A stretch of 64,000 nt of DNA, from the IMG/VR virus record IMGVR_UViG_3300033073_000738, positions 32,001-96,000 of that record; one strand, 5' to 3'. The notes beneath the pieces are model-generated. The model did not search any database. It had not been told where the DNA came from and saw nothing but the letters and a program-made list of their open reading frames with translations. The stretch comes from a virus. Its lineage: Duplodnaviria; Caudoviricetes. Positions within the stretch are counted from its first letter, which is position 1; every line of letters starts with the position of its first letter. A program made the position numbers and the translations under genes. Positions 27,201 to 36,967 of this stretch are shown in pieces.

Positions 27201-30200
27201 CAAATGCTTTCTTAGACTCCTCTGACAAAGAAGCTCTGTCAGCCTTCATCATCTCTGTTATCTCTTGAACACTTGTAGCGTTTCTATGTTTTACATTAGC
27301 TCTTAATTGACTATCATCTATTTTTAGATAGTTCTTTATTGCATAATCTGCATACTCTTCCCTTGATAGCTTGGATAAATCAACACCTTCTTTCTTGGCT
27401 ATTGCAGCAAGTTCATAAGAAGCACTCCACCCTGTTAACTTTCTCCTTTTCTCTATTTCTGCTTTGAATGCAGGGTCATTCTCATTAATTATACTTGAGC
27501 TTGTAGGTTGTTCTTCTTCATCATTCTTCTCAGTTGTTTCTTCTGTCTTCTCTTCTGTTTTCTCTTCTTCTTCTTTGCCTACAACAGGCTCACCAAACTC
27601 TGCTTCATACAGCTGGTCCAGAATGTTATATATCAAATCTGTATCTTGGGCTACAGAAGCATCTTCCAACTCTTTGATAAGAGCACTGTGCTTGAAACGA
27701 AAATCAATATCGTTAAGAATAAGAGGCCAAAGTTTGTCATAGTTACTATTCTTCTCTTCCCTGTGTTTGAGCAATTTCTGATAAGCTTCTCCCATCAGTT
27801 TTGAATGTTCTAGATGAAGATTCAAAAAGTTCTCTGGGTCAGCCAGGTAATTAAGATTCTTAATAGTAGTGCGCTGGTCTTTGTCCAGTCTATACAAATC
27901 ACTCAGATCATTAAAAGCATCACGTAACTTATCTGCTTCCAAAGGCGGCAACAAAGCTTGCTCTTGGAACATATTCAGATAGTCAACAAATACTTTAGAT
28001 GGTGTAGCCGGTGCAGATATTTGACCAGGTTCTATTTTTGTAGAAAGCTCTGCCCTCCATTTAGTTAATAGTTCCTGACGTTTCTTGTAGCTCTTGAGTT
28101 GATCACGCTGTTCAGGCGAGAGAACATCAGCACTACTCAACATTCTAATATTATCCTTAATGAGATTGAGCTCTCTCACTACAAACTCATCGTTTGTAAG
28201 AGTGTAGAAAGCAGGGTAAGACTGTGCACCTAAGTTCTCCTGGTTCTTAGAAAGAATATCCTTATAACGAGTGACAATGTCTTTGTGTGTATCCCGCATG
28301 AACACATAGTCTTCAAGAGCTTTGTTCCATGACAGATAACCAAACTCAGCTTTAATTCTCTCGTTAGTACCCTCTTTATATTGCTTGTAGTTATAAGGGT
28401 TGGGCATTCTACGAGATACATCATCTAGCTCCTTTACAAAATCTTTAGCTTTTGTTTTAAGAGAAGATACATAGTCAGCTGAAGCTTTTCTACCTAAACT
28501 ATCTGCCTCAAATCCGTATGCTTCTTTAAACTCTTCATCAGTGAGATCTTTAGAAGACTGTTCCAACATGTCTAACATTGCATCAAGCTTACCGGCTTTA
28601 TGTGCAGTCATGACAAACTCTTGGAAAGCTTTGCGTTCAAGATTCTTAAAAGCATATGGATTACGTTCCATAGCTGCTCTCTTGAAACCTTCTGCTATCT
28701 CATTCTGATTTACGTATCCTTCAAGATTCCTATTGAATACTTGCATAGGACTATTAGCCCACTTGTTCAAAGAGTTAACAGTCTCCTGTAGCTTTTGCTC
28801 ACGAGCTGCGTATTCTTTAGAATATATCTTTCTTTGGGCTAACCCAATACCTCTGTTCATCACTACAGAAGGAACACCAATGATAAATCCAGAAACGAAT
28901 GTATCTAATCCTTCTAGACTCATTTGCTTACCCAAAGCTTTGCTCATAGCTTTACGGGATATACCCATCAAGTGACCCCAGTCATTACGAGCTTCTTCTG
29001 TAAGTGTAGCTTTCTGTTCGTAATAGCTTTGCCAATAGTCATGAGAAATACCCTGGGCATTTTCTTGAATACCCTCCCATGCAGAGTCTGCACCCCAACG
29101 GAACATATTGTTACCCTTGCCTTTGAACCATTCTGCAGAAAACATCTTTACTTCAGATGCTTTCATAAATGGATCTTTGACCATTTTACTTCCGGCTTGT
29201 GCAGCCATTTTCTCTGTTTCTTTAGCAGCTTTCTTTTTAAAATACTTTGTCAACAGACTTTCTCCTGAAGACTTAGCAGAACGCATTATGATGTCATCTG
29301 CAATTGTACCTGCCTCTGCAGCTATTGCTTTAGACAGACCAAACCCGGAACGCAAAACGTTCCCCATGTTCAAACGATTCATTGCCAATAGAAGAGCAAC
29401 GTTTGTAATACCGTTTGCATTGGAAACTTTCAGAGCATCTTCTTCTACAGCTTTACGCTCATCATCGTTCATATCTCTACCGTACTTCTCAAAGAACTCA
29501 AGCTCTTTGCCTTCTACATAGTCGGCATAACTTTGGGCACGTTCAAAACGAGCTTCAGATGCAGCAAAGTTGTATTCTTTAGTAGCCTTATAGAAATTGC
29601 CAAATGCTTTAATAGGACTTGTCTTACGCAGGTCGTTAAAAGTGTTGAACATCTTGGCAATCTTACTACTATCCAAATAAGCATTCTCAAACTTCATGAT
29701 GTTCTTGAACGCTTTGTTCATTGTATACAGCTTCTCTAACGTGCCGGCAGTCTTTACAGCGCGTCGTGTGAGATTACCTATCTCTGCAAGAATAGATCCA
29801 CCTACAGTACCTGGTGCTGTCAGTGCAGTGACTGCAGTCTCAAGAGCTGTTTGCTCTAAGAACTGAGCAGTTGTACCCAGGGTAAAACCAAATTGTTGTA
29901 AACCTCTAGAGAACTTACCCATGTTAAAAGACCCCTCACGTTGCTCTTGAGTAAGAGGAACATAGTGGCTATTATTCACCTCATTAGATAACTCATTGAG
30001 TTTCAATAAGTCATCTTTATCCATGGTGAGTGATAGAGCTTTATTAAGATCACCTTGTACTAACCCGGCCCACATATCAGCTTCTGACTTCCAGGCTTCG
30101 TTGTGTGCTATACCAGCTAGAGGGAGAATACCTTTTATACCTTGCCACAATTGACCAGACTTACCCAGTTCACGGGCATAGAGATCCTCGTTATCCCTAT

Positions 30201-30525
30201 AAGGAATAAAACCTTCTGTTCTATACAGTGTGTCTTTGAAACTGTTATAGAGAGGGTCGAAGCCCGACTCTCTTGCATTAAACTTAATAGGAGTAAAAGC
30301 TTGTACTTCAGCTCGATTAGTAGGCACTTTAGAAAGCTGTCCCCTGATATAACTATCATAGTTAAAACTTCCACCTCCAGTTGCATTACCTGTTAGACCT
30401 GAAGAATAGCTGTTGAAGTCCACCTGAGGCATAGGCTCAGCTGGTATATAAGAAGGTAGCTGTTCAGGTGTCTGTATTTCCCCAGGTGCGTAAACGTTTT
30501 CTTGGGTGAGAATAGGGTCGGCCAT
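21289..30525 (-). CDS. Giant virion-ejected protein (3078 aa) with zincin metallopeptidase domain
   Basis: VILHELIH (HELIH at 24178-24192) followed by LREFVTEAFTNPAFQ; N-terminal hydrophobic helices; directly upstream of the RNAP as in crAss-like phages. Confidence 0.85.
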   Translation of the reverse strand: MADPILTQENVYAPGEIQTPEQLPSYIPAEPMPQVDFNSYSSGLTGNATGGGSFNYDSYIRGQLSKVPTNRAEVQAFTPIKFNARESGFDPLYNSFKDTLYRTEGFIPYRDNEDLYARELGKSGQLWQGIKGILPLAGIAHNEAWKSEADMWAGLVQGDLNKALSLTMDKDDLLKLNELSNEVNNSHYVPLTQEQREGSFNMGKFSRGLQQFGFTLGTTAQFLEQTALETAVTALTAPGTVGGSILAEIGNLTRRAVKTAGTLEKLYTMNKAFKNIMKFENAYLDSSKIAKMFNTFNDLRKTSPIKAFGNFYKATKEYNFAASEARFERAQSYADYVEGKELEFFEKYGRDMNDDERKAVEEDALKVSNANGITNVALLLAMNRLNMGNVLRSGFGLSKAIAAEAGTIADDIIMRSAKSSGESLLTKYFKKKAAKETEKMAAQAGSKMVKDPFMKASEVKMFSAEWFKGKGNNMFRWGADSAWEGIQENAQGISHDYWQSYYEQKATLTEEARNDWGHLMGISRKAMSKALGKQMSLEGLDTFVSGFIIGVPSVVMNRGIGLAQRKIYSKEYAAREQKLQETVNSLNKWANSPMQVFNRNLEGYVNQNEIAEGFKRAAMERNPYAFKNLERKAFQEFVMTAHKAGKLDAMLDMLEQSSKDLTDEEFKEAYGFEADSLGRKASADYVSSLKTKAKDFVKELDDVSRRMPNPYNYKQYKEGTNERIKAEFGYLSWNKALEDYVFMRDTHKDIVTRYKDILSKNQENLGAQSYPAFYTLTNDEFVVRELNLIKDNIRMLSSADVLSPEQRDQLKSYKKRQELLTKWRAELSTKIEPGQISAPATPSKVFVDYLNMFQEQALLPPLEADKLRDAFNDLSDLYRLDKDQRTTIKNLNYLADPENFLNLHLEHSKLMGEAYQKLLKHREEKNSNYDKLWPLILNDIDFRFKHSALIKELEDASVAQDTDLIYNILDQLYEAEFGEPVVGKEEEEKTEEKTEETTEKNDEEEQPTSSSIINENDPAFKAEIEKRRKLTGWSASYELAAIAKKEGVDLSKLSREEYADYAIKNYLKIDDSQLRANVKHRNATSVQEITEMMKADRASLSEESKKAFDSFYNAMMSIVDKPQVERYLAKNVRLLSGTKDSNSWLFFSINNGTNDNDSVTHKSYFSLKDLNDFSPEVLKEFMVKLQERGYNGGVKIFQDLEAQGPALSDQVVMHGYTEADAKLALEVAKEFYGDKLLDSSIGKDEVINGKNKSYSQILADKIKNEIDAKLAAFDGKQSTATTPLSDIERRRSLIRAALQKAVNPIIVLIDGSKTTTRIETLMSNEVLTPEGYVSIDIIKQVISQDEVKEYGTGKILAKKGEVLYDAELADLDGKQPGSSPGGNQRGQSGGGSKVNFFQSILKDIADGVPQSDIEKKLEEGILSGQIDDKQADEIVNKLTERNKKNQQGGNESKPLSETSREFVNQYNDLISEMNALLSSPDATRKAVEALWLKMQLLINQLEPGVQSKYKVPLKEKLSKAVKELERREISKDAKKIKLFIDSVFNKPNLLITDAVEKIFEVLDMELDPSFKDEVIAYFESAYRKAIDKRVDELKKRMTSVAGSGSPLLDQYIKDRERYIEIIKTRLENFKQKAADLNSLRGEFVLATEIKRDFSTTVNKRNRKVPIDVDATFGQSEAIDNMIASGTIGDDDLKKYSRNQLSTASELINLGVSRIFALQINKAAEKYVKNPRDKANEKELQELILNLYEDSNEGGKSSDVYKVAEEKVRDVLADKSINTVDDILNEFGFNKTIEISDEQYSKYKEFRKQINSNMSDANTLNIIQSIEERKQNAITNGIKNADEFLDTATMSMFEKLLSGPKASKDLNAFKNEILSIYDSIQKGAKTSQVGLPIVELATAKMWNADTGTNLIKILLTAMIEAQSAVGNTDSGVKLTFDQIADIIENPGVTPVLDNGQIAQVKDFSEELLKDIKTKFKAATGFSSTSVDMGGNLVYNESGISIDKLAFLSLRPKDATDLRNEEDLRKAIGAKDDKVGIKQALQFIIDSDFATDTEKLLARNMMSLFNDSDTIKFDNTIEGVGDFDPETGEINIDLSATAYREGYPSSALETVILHELIHKQIETAIADPKSEYTRALRSVYNAVKNSELAGHFYAFNSDLSPDEQLREFVTEAFTNPAFQYLLAKIPYANSKKTTWQVFMDFIKKLLEKLGVMTDETALSEVLNLTSEILNTSSGEMLEKIGLAKSLTDLDQLRKQFKKLYSKDAISESEYDTLSSAITANKRRFRIEEYKNKLKHAFSVEVEGRTYYYVTDATGMSKFEIYTLGRNNPRRVRSQARVEAVLTKLAEKNGYIPLIEDTVAEYIRELMGPLDENGTYASGNMSDVMEGYSMFPSMYSLEENAFQVTPDFKLPSLGFRSVDEFNSFEKEYTAAKKLSKMGFSRVFGELRTRYPAVAVENYGEVYSAIGDVKQIRKLIKVGALSVTKGSNNLKELIYDTNNEVMDFLQWVDRGGLFDKSKLEATEQKINAALKDYFGIPISKELQKKIEFEFKVPSEEEKESGIPVVKASSTFKDEVASGSMKPLDYMLVLRTPLASDKSAQNENPFRSTSNDLYYDVETGEPVESNYFTSYYHKVRDIINKLHIKPVESLKDYRVTITKNNSMLRWDGSDSTMYDLEYSSDVIGYISDKDGNPIIFNKEGEQVGVIDKNNLQDSKGLRESGENQIVYFNMLNEFSNAVVENKLDPNAKEAYDKMVSEVKDGRTKIARLNRITAGVMNLKDVSLLNATSSPNTLTSPELRRQLSQDHVDIVINKESGELNALIKDASGAINRRGLLPPFSRNARVELNDQEIAFVPYTFAIIRTFLERNLEKKIPAESGIYNNLRMFVQNIWLTGDKYNLRISNNLQDVTIIENKERVTYNIFTLDKNSKKVIVDENNLKKVMNYIGRLPINIYSQWFNGVVPFMFPVLDQQDGVKKVTFVQKNFKDFLINEVGLKVTFQDIPDVNNLKRYNSIVEFVSPKDLNYKAPAPITEQEVVDDPNSIKNKTDEVSKDSKNAAPINIPNPPKKKKFFAPKLNTIYTKVC

Positions 30526-30534
30526 GAAATTAAA

Positions 30535-33500
30535 TTAGTTGATGTTAATACCTTGCTTTTTCAGCTGTTCCTTCATACGTACTATAGAAGTCATAGCTTC
30601 TGGGTTAGCCTGTACGTTAGCTTTGCGAGTCTGCTGATTCATCTCACTTACATGATATAGACTTCCATACATTACACGTAAGAGCTCATCTACATCTGTG
30701 CTTTCATCATGGTTTGTAATAGTAGTCGGTGTCTTTACAAACTCTTTAGTTTTAGGATCAAGTGTATAAACATAACTGGACACCTGGAATCCACCACCAG
30801 CAGGTAAGTGTTTAATACTGAACTTACCCATCTTTAAATTATCCAAATAGTCAGGGCTCGAATAAGGAGCATCTCTAACCAATGTAGCAATAGGACTAAG
30901 TCCTGTAAAAATATCACCAGGCTGCATACCAGGAGGTGCAGCCACTTTAAAAGTCTTCATGAATTTATCTACTGCAGCGTTCATATCTACATCTTCGTTA
31001 AGCTTGTCCAAACTTAAACCAAGAGATTCAGCAATAGTCTTTTTGTCAATAACAGGTTTATAAACAGGTCTACCGGCTTCTGTGTCGTAAGCATAAACGT
31101 CCAATGAGAAACCATCTTTCTTTGAAGACATGTTAGGAAGATTACTTGCAACAGAACGCACAACTTTCATGAAACTACTGTCTTCTTTTAGATCAGCTTG
31201 ACTGACTCCATAGAATGAATTGTATCTGTTATTAAAATTGTCATCGCTAAACAACTGTGCCATAGCTACCTCAGCAGGTTCTGACAGACTTTTCTCGTTT
31301 CTTGCTGTATACCTTACAACACCATAGTTGAACATGTCATTTTTACGTTGAAAGTCAGGTGTGCTAAACTGCAAAGAAGGAGCCAGTCGTTCAAAGTCTT
31401 TATTATAATCTGCTCTCAATTCCTCAAGCTTTTGAAGCATTGGTTGGTTAATCATCTGACTCACCTCATTAACCTTACCATCTTTCAAACTAGTCATTAG
31501 GTTTGGTGAAGAAGAAAGGTGATTATATATCTTACCGTTTATATTGATTGTACTTGTGTATGTTCTTCCTGTTGTTCCAGAACCCAGAACATAAACACCA
31601 TTATCTGACTCAGTATTGATAGACCTTCTATTAAGAAGAATGTCAGAAACTTTTACGTTCTCCATTTGTCCATCTTGATTCCTCATAGGGATAGTAATTT
31701 CCCCCACTAACTCATCTGCAGTGCCGATACGCAAATGACCATTTTCATTTACAGTATACCCTTTATACTTGTCCTGAGCTAAGATCTTCTCATCTACTTT
31801 TTTGGCATCAGCTTGCAGACCTCTGTATATATCGCCCATTGCGATTAGATTCTTAATATCTTCTGTCATACCACCCATGGCTTGTACATCAGCTTTATGC
31901 TCCTCAGTGGCCATGTAGTCAACAGTATTCTTCTTAATAAAATCCAATACTTCTTTGTATGTCCAGTTATAGGTTCTACCTGGTTCCAGTTTTAACTGAC
32001 CCTTATCAATAGCATCCTTAAATATCTTATACTCCGGTGACTGATCATTCTTAGAAAAAAATGCTTTATCACCCATACCAGCTTTTACACCTTCATATAA
32101 CTTATTTACAAAAGGAAGATTTATCTTGTTATTCAAAGTAGTTTCAAATACACGTATTGCTGCATCCCCTGCTATCTCATCTACTTTCTGATACATGTTT
32201 TTCCACTCTTCAGCTTTGGTCATCTTCATATTACTTTGAGGACCTCTGCCCATATAAAGAGGCGTGTCATCAACAGCTTCCCCTTTTGCTATTGCAGCTT
32301 TGCGAGCAGCTGTACGAGCTTTTAAGTCAGCTATCTCCATTTTAGTATCGTTGTTCATATCAGCAACTTCCATACGAGCTTGAATACCCATACGAGCTGT
32401 CATTACATCCTGGATACCTTTCCAAGCTGCATCTGCTTCTGACTTATGACTGTTCAAGAAGTTAGCCCTACTCTTAGCCCAACTACTTGCATATTGACCT
32501 ACAATGGTGCTAGTATAAGCTTCGTTGTACCCCTCAGATGTAGAATACAAATCAGAGTGTTTTTGATATACCTCTGAGTTCTTATCTTTCAAACCGGCTA
32601 ATAGATCTGAGCTCTCCTTAAGTTTTGTCTTATAGCCAGCAATAGCTTCTGTATACTGTTTGATAATCTCTTCGTCATCAGCACTTAGACCCGCGCCGGT
32701 TGCTTCACGTTGAGCAACTATTGTACGTATCTTGGATTCAGCATCACCAATTGCAGAAGAGTATTCAGGTATTACTCCTTTCTCAAGAGACTCTTTTCTC
32801 TGCCTGATGATATCATCGGCAACCATTTGTCTAGCTGCTGCTTTATCTCCGTTTGTTTGCTCTAAAGCTATTTCAAAAGAAGAGTGACCTTGTAATCTAC
32901 CCATCATTTGTAGATAAGCCCTGGCATCTGTACTAAGAGAACTTGTAAAGAAGTCAGTAAGAGGTAGTACACTTTCTTTGCCGTACATGTCTACCAGCTT
33001 ATAACCACCGCCATTGGGACTTTCTCTAACTTGTGCATTGGTAATACCCAGGTCTTTGATCATCTGGTCCATTTCCTTTGCTATATCAACCTTCTTTACA
33101 TAGTTTCTGACATTCAATTTATCCAGCTCCTCGGGTGTGGAATTCTTGATATCACTGTTAAGATTGTTCAAATCCTGTATAGAAAATGGATTGTATTGTG
33201 CCCTCACCTTTTCGTCAGTGGAAGTACGCATCTGTTCACCAAATGCAATCTCACTTTGAGTCTTCTTTACAAGACCTATTTCTTTTACAAGACGTCCATC
33301 TTCCCAAAAGGGTTTGAAGACGTCATTTGCCATCTGTTGATTCTGAGGAAGAGATAAGTCTACAGTGGATAGATGTTGAATAGCCTGGTCAGCTTGTTTT
33401 AAAAACTGTTGACGTTTAGCCTCTCCATGACTAGAAAGCAATGGAGCATCAAGAATTCCACGATACATGGAATTAGCTTGACTCCAAGCTTGGTCATACC

Positions 33501-33603
33501 TGTTTTGCTTTAAACGTAGTATATCCCCTATCGCTTCTATAGGTGGTGTGTATAGCTCGGTAGGAACGAAAGCTTCTTTAGCTGATACAAGATAACTTGG
33601 CAT
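30535..33603 (-). CDS. Virion cargo/ejection protein (1022 aa)
   Basis: N-terminal LKQNRYDQ...VDLSLPQN pattern, helical, no Cys seen; synteny before the three giant genes. Confidence 0.7.
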   Translation of the reverse strand: MPSYLVSAKEAFVPTELYTPPIEAIGDILRLKQNRYDQAWSQANSMYRGILDAPLLSSHGEAKRQQFLKQADQAIQHLSTVDLSLPQNQQMANDVFKPFWEDGRLVKEIGLVKKTQSEIAFGEQMRTSTDEKVRAQYNPFSIQDLNNLNSDIKNSTPEELDKLNVRNYVKKVDIAKEMDQMIKDLGITNAQVRESPNGGGYKLVDMYGKESVLPLTDFFTSSLSTDARAYLQMMGRLQGHSSFEIALEQTNGDKAAARQMVADDIIRQRKESLEKGVIPEYSSAIGDAESKIRTIVAQREATGAGLSADDEEIIKQYTEAIAGYKTKLKESSDLLAGLKDKNSEVYQKHSDLYSTSEGYNEAYTSTIVGQYASSWAKSRANFLNSHKSEADAAWKGIQDVMTARMGIQARMEVADMNNDTKMEIADLKARTAARKAAIAKGEAVDDTPLYMGRGPQSNMKMTKAEEWKNMYQKVDEIAGDAAIRVFETTLNNKINLPFVNKLYEGVKAGMGDKAFFSKNDQSPEYKIFKDAIDKGQLKLEPGRTYNWTYKEVLDFIKKNTVDYMATEEHKADVQAMGGMTEDIKNLIAMGDIYRGLQADAKKVDEKILAQDKYKGYTVNENGHLRIGTADELVGEITIPMRNQDGQMENVKVSDILLNRRSINTESDNGVYVLGSGTTGRTYTSTININGKIYNHLSSSPNLMTSLKDGKVNEVSQMINQPMLQKLEELRADYNKDFERLAPSLQFSTPDFQRKNDMFNYGVVRYTARNEKSLSEPAEVAMAQLFSDDNFNNRYNSFYGVSQADLKEDSSFMKVVRSVASNLPNMSSKKDGFSLDVYAYDTEAGRPVYKPVIDKKTIAESLGLSLDKLNEDVDMNAAVDKFMKTFKVAAPPGMQPGDIFTGLSPIATLVRDAPYSSPDYLDNLKMGKFSIKHLPAGGGFQVSSYVYTLDPKTKEFVKTPTTITNHDESTDVDELLRVMYGSLYHVSEMNQQTRKANVQANPEAMTSIVRMKEQLKKQGININ

Positions 33604-33619
33604 ATTTCACAAGGGGGAT

Positions 33620-33635
33620 TACATTAATAATATAC
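33620..33635 (-). promoter_or_regulatory. Candidate phage late promoter, GTATATTATTAATGTA (copy 1)
   Basis: Exact 16-bp match to 48001-48016; intergenic, 16 nt upstream of the ATG at 33603. Confidence 0.7.
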
Positions 33636-33637
33636 TT

Positions 33638-33685
33638 AAAAAATCCTAAAGGTTTACCCTGCCATGGATAAACCTTTGAGGTTTA
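33638..33685 (-). terminator. Hairpin(s) with T-tract after the 1093-aa gene (terminator or operator)
   Basis: aaaggttta/taaaccttt inverted repeat (33648-33677) plus an overlapping palindrome taaacct-ttg-aggttta (33669-33685). Confidence 0.55.
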
Positions 33686-36600
33686 TTGACCATAATCCAT
33701 AGCTTCACTGAACCATGGACTTGTCATATTAGATTGAAGATTAGCACCGGACCTCATCAGCATATTTCTTTGTTGACTGAGGTATCTCTGATATGCGTTC
33801 TCAACATCCATTTGCAACTTAGGATCGCTAGAAGCGTAAGCACTTGCATAACCCTTATTGTTCTTTAGAAACTCTTCCTTGGACATCATCATTGAATTAT
33901 AACCCGTACCAGAATAGTTAGAACCTAGAGGACGTCCTTTAGTGAAATTGAACTGATCCCACAATGGCCCAGATACAGCAAACTGAGGATACATCAAGTT
34001 GTACTTCTGCATTGTAGTTCTGTCATTCACCATTTTGCCGAAGTTCTTCATTACATCGTTGTACTTAAGATTTCTAGCAATGTCCATTTGTTCTTTGGTA
34101 CGTATGTTATTGTCCCTAACCTGGTGAGCTTCTTTTGCCCTCATCAAAGAATCATTGTTGTAGATCTGATTGTTCTGTGCAAGTGTTTGATTACCTATCT
34201 GTAAATTCATACCTCTCACCCTTGCTGTTTCACCTACCAAACCTTCATTAAGTTGAGGATTGTAAGTTCCAGTGGCACGAGCTGCTTGAGCATTTGCAAA
34301 CTGGTTCATATAGTCCATACGAGTGTTATTGGCTGACAGCATAGGGTCGTAGTTAGCCTCATCAAACATAGCTTGTTGACCAGTTAGATTAGGATTGATA
34401 GCTCTATCAAAATATCCATTTACAGGTCGAGTAGCTGCCCAAAGCGTATTAGCTTTCTGTATAGCATTGTAAGGTAGATAATCATTTGGTCTACCAGGGG
34501 GAGGTGTATTAGTCTTACCCTGTGGTGGTGGTGTATTAAACTGTGGTACACCAGGTATAGTCGGTGGAGTTTTTACAGGGAAGTCTATACCTTGTCTTGT
34601 ATATGGTATCTTAACACCTTGTATAGTAGCGGGGTTGTAAAACTTAGGTGCCCTAAAATCCCACTTACCGTCTCTAAACTGATTCATCAGCTGCTCTTCA
34701 GTCAAGTTTGCTGTAGATGCATTCTGACCATAGAGCTGACGTCCTTTATTAGTTAAAGGAACTCCCTTTAGATAGTTAATCAAACGTTCACGTTTGTAAG
34801 GATCTGATTGAGCTTGTTCAACCATCCAGTTTTGCCATTCACCTATATCATTACCGCCTGTATATCCTTGGCGTTTGTAAAAATTAACAACGTCATCTAC
34901 TGTTCCAAAGTCGGCGTCACTACGTTCATCATTAAGTTCTGGTGTGCGTTTTCTGTATTGACCTAGACCAGGTTGTTTATTATTGTCTTTACCTCCGCCA
35001 CCACCAAATGTATACCCACCATAAGCTGCAGTAGCTAAAGACTTATAGATATCAGGTTGTCCTTGAGGATAACCCTTAATTTGTTCCTGGCGGTCAGACA
35101 GCTGTGCAAGCATATCGTTCTTACGTTGCATTGATATATTCATCGTGTTCTTAGTCAATGCATCAGTGTTGGGATTATCAAGAGCTTTCTTCTCCTTTGA
35201 TGTATCAAACTTCTTTGATATCTCTGCATATGAATACCCAGCCTTCTTATAGGGCATTGTGAATTTCTTCAATACCTCAGCATCTTTCTCTTTAAGCTTG
35301 TGTGAAAAGATGTAAGCACCTTGTCCGTTCTTCTCAGGGTCAGGGTTCAGTTGTAGATTAGTCAACTTAGTACCGCCGCTGGATGCAGAGTGAGGGTCTC
35401 CAGATATCTTTTTGAATTCTAAAACACCGTCACCATCTACATCGCTTACATAAGTTTCTTTGTCTTCAGCCATGATAGCATATTGCTCACCATCCTGAAA
35501 CTGATCTACAGGTTTCTCCGTCACTGTACTAGACATACTTTCTGTAGAGTCTTGTGGCATGTCTGCATAGATCTTACGTCTATTCAAATCAAGACCAAAG
35601 TTGGCTTGACCACCATATGCCATTTGATTAAGAGGTGTGCTAGTGATTCTTATTTTCATACTTTGTCCGTTGTTATTTATCTCACCACCATTTGCATAAG
35701 TTGCAGTAGTTGTACCAAAACCGTCGGTTACTAATTTGCCGGTCTTGTAGAAATTATACGCTCCTTGAGGACCAGAGAAATGCACCTTAGTCTTGATCTT
35801 ATCTAACGAATCGTTTACGCCTAATTCATTCTTGATTTTAATAGCCGCCGGTGTAAGAGTATTAGCATCCCAATAGTCAAAAGCTTTTTCTTGAGCTTCA
35901 GGACTGTTAAGAAAATCTTCTTTGCTAGTAACACCTGTCAGCTTAGATATCCATTCTTTGTGTTGACTCCATAAGAATTGATACTTACCTGCTGCAGAAG
36001 AAACAAGATGACCATTTCTCAATGGTAGTGCTCTATAGTTACCACCGCTTTCTTTAGCTGCAATAAGCTCTTTGAAATCAGGAGAAGATTCAAACTTAGC
36101 TCCTGTAACAACAGGTGGGTTATCATCCTCTATTGGAGCTTGTTGTTGCTGTTGTTGATTCATATCACCAGCTACTGGCATAGGCATAGAAGGTGTAAAC
36201 TCAGCCATTGTAGCACCAGGTGCATACACATTGTCTACACTTAACCCTACCTCAGCTCTAAAAGGGTTGAAGTACTTTTGAGTCATCCCCTGCCAAGAGT
36301 TATAACCAGATATCTGATCAGGAATATCTTTATTACGCTGTGTACCAGATACTGCACGAATACCACGTGAAGTGACGTCAGGGCCCTGTTCTCCAAACAT
36401 ACCCATAGTAGATGTATTGTCCCACTGTTTACCGAGTGTTTCTCTACGGTCACGTCTGTTATTTATACCGTCTACAATGTTGCCCGCAAACTTACTGAGG
36501 TTATAAAGACTATAAGGATTACCGAACGTCCGCTTCATAGCGTTGTCAGAAATCTTATTAGCATCAGAAGCAGCTTGTTCGTCTTTAGAAGGCGGATGAT

Positions 36601-36964
36601 ATCCCCACTTTTGTTGAAACCAATTCTTATACTTGTCGTCAGATACCCCATATAGATTCTTGTCGTATGTCTCCTGGTAGTTCTTATCATTGTTATACCT
36701 ATCCTGAATAGCTTGTTCTTCAGGATCTCTTTGTATGTTAACTATACCTTTATTTATAGCATCCTGTTGAGGACTAACCGCAGCAGCTGGTGCTTGTTGT
36801 TGCACTGGTTCTGGTGGTGGTCCTTCTAAAGAAGCATCAGCCCCTTCATTAATTTTAGCTTGTAAAGCTTTCCAATCAATTTGAGTAGGGTCAGTGGTTA
36901 CACTCCCAGCATCTGCATAAGAGCGCATGTTCTTATTGGACCTACCAGTTATACGTATTTTCAT
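33683..36964 (-). CDS. Virion cargo protein with lysozyme/lytic transglycosylase-like domain
   Basis: IAAKESGGNY...SSAAGKYQF catalytic Glu motif; G.PH...GG motif; YANGG/MAYGG repeats. Confidence 0.8.
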   Translation of the reverse strand: MKIRITGRSNKNMRSYADAGSVTTDPTQIDWKALQAKINEGADASLEGPPPEPVQQQAPAAAVSPQQDAINKGIVNIQRDPEEQAIQDRYNNDKNYQETYDKNLYGVSDDKYKNWFQQKWGYHPPSKDEQAASDANKISDNAMKRTFGNPYSLYNLSKFAGNIVDGINNRRDRRETLGKQWDNTSTMGMFGEQGPDVTSRGIRAVSGTQRNKDIPDQISGYNSWQGMTQKYFNPFRAEVGLSVDNVYAPGATMAEFTPSMPMPVAGDMNQQQQQQAPIEDDNPPVVTGAKFESSPDFKELIAAKESGGNYRALPLRNGHLVSSAAGKYQFLWSQHKEWISKLTGVTSKEDFLNSPEAQEKAFDYWDANTLTPAAIKIKNELGVNDSLDKIKTKVHFSGPQGAYNFYKTGKLVTDGFGTTTATYANGGEINNNGQSMKIRITSTPLNQMAYGGQANFGLDLNRRKIYADMPQDSTESMSSTVTEKPVDQFQDGEQYAIMAEDKETYVSDVDGDGVLEFKKISGDPHSASSGGTKLTNLQLNPDPEKNGQGAYIFSHKLKEKDAEVLKKFTMPYKKAGYSYAEISKKFDTSKEKKALDNPNTDALTKNTMNISMQRKNDMLAQLSDRQEQIKGYPQGQPDIYKSLATAAYGGYTFGGGGGKDNNKQPGLGQYRKRTPELNDERSDADFGTVDDVVNFYKRQGYTGGNDIGEWQNWMVEQAQSDPYKRERLINYLKGVPLTNKGRQLYGQNASTANLTEEQLMNQFRDGKWDFRAPKFYNPATIQGVKIPYTRQGIDFPVKTPPTIPGVPQFNTPPPQGKTNTPPPGRPNDYLPYNAIQKANTLWAATRPVNGYFDRAINPNLTGQQAMFDEANYDPMLSANNTRMDYMNQFANAQAARATGTYNPQLNEGLVGETARVRGMNLQIGNQTLAQNNQIYNNDSLMRAKEAHQVRDNNIRTKEQMDIARNLKYNDVMKNFGKMVNDRTTMQKYNLMYPQFAVSGPLWDQFNFTKGRPLGSNYSGTGYNSMMMSKEEFLKNNKGYASAYASSDPKLQMDVENAYQRYLSQQRNMLMRSGANLQSNMTSPWFSEAMDYGQ

Positions 36965-36967
36965 AGA

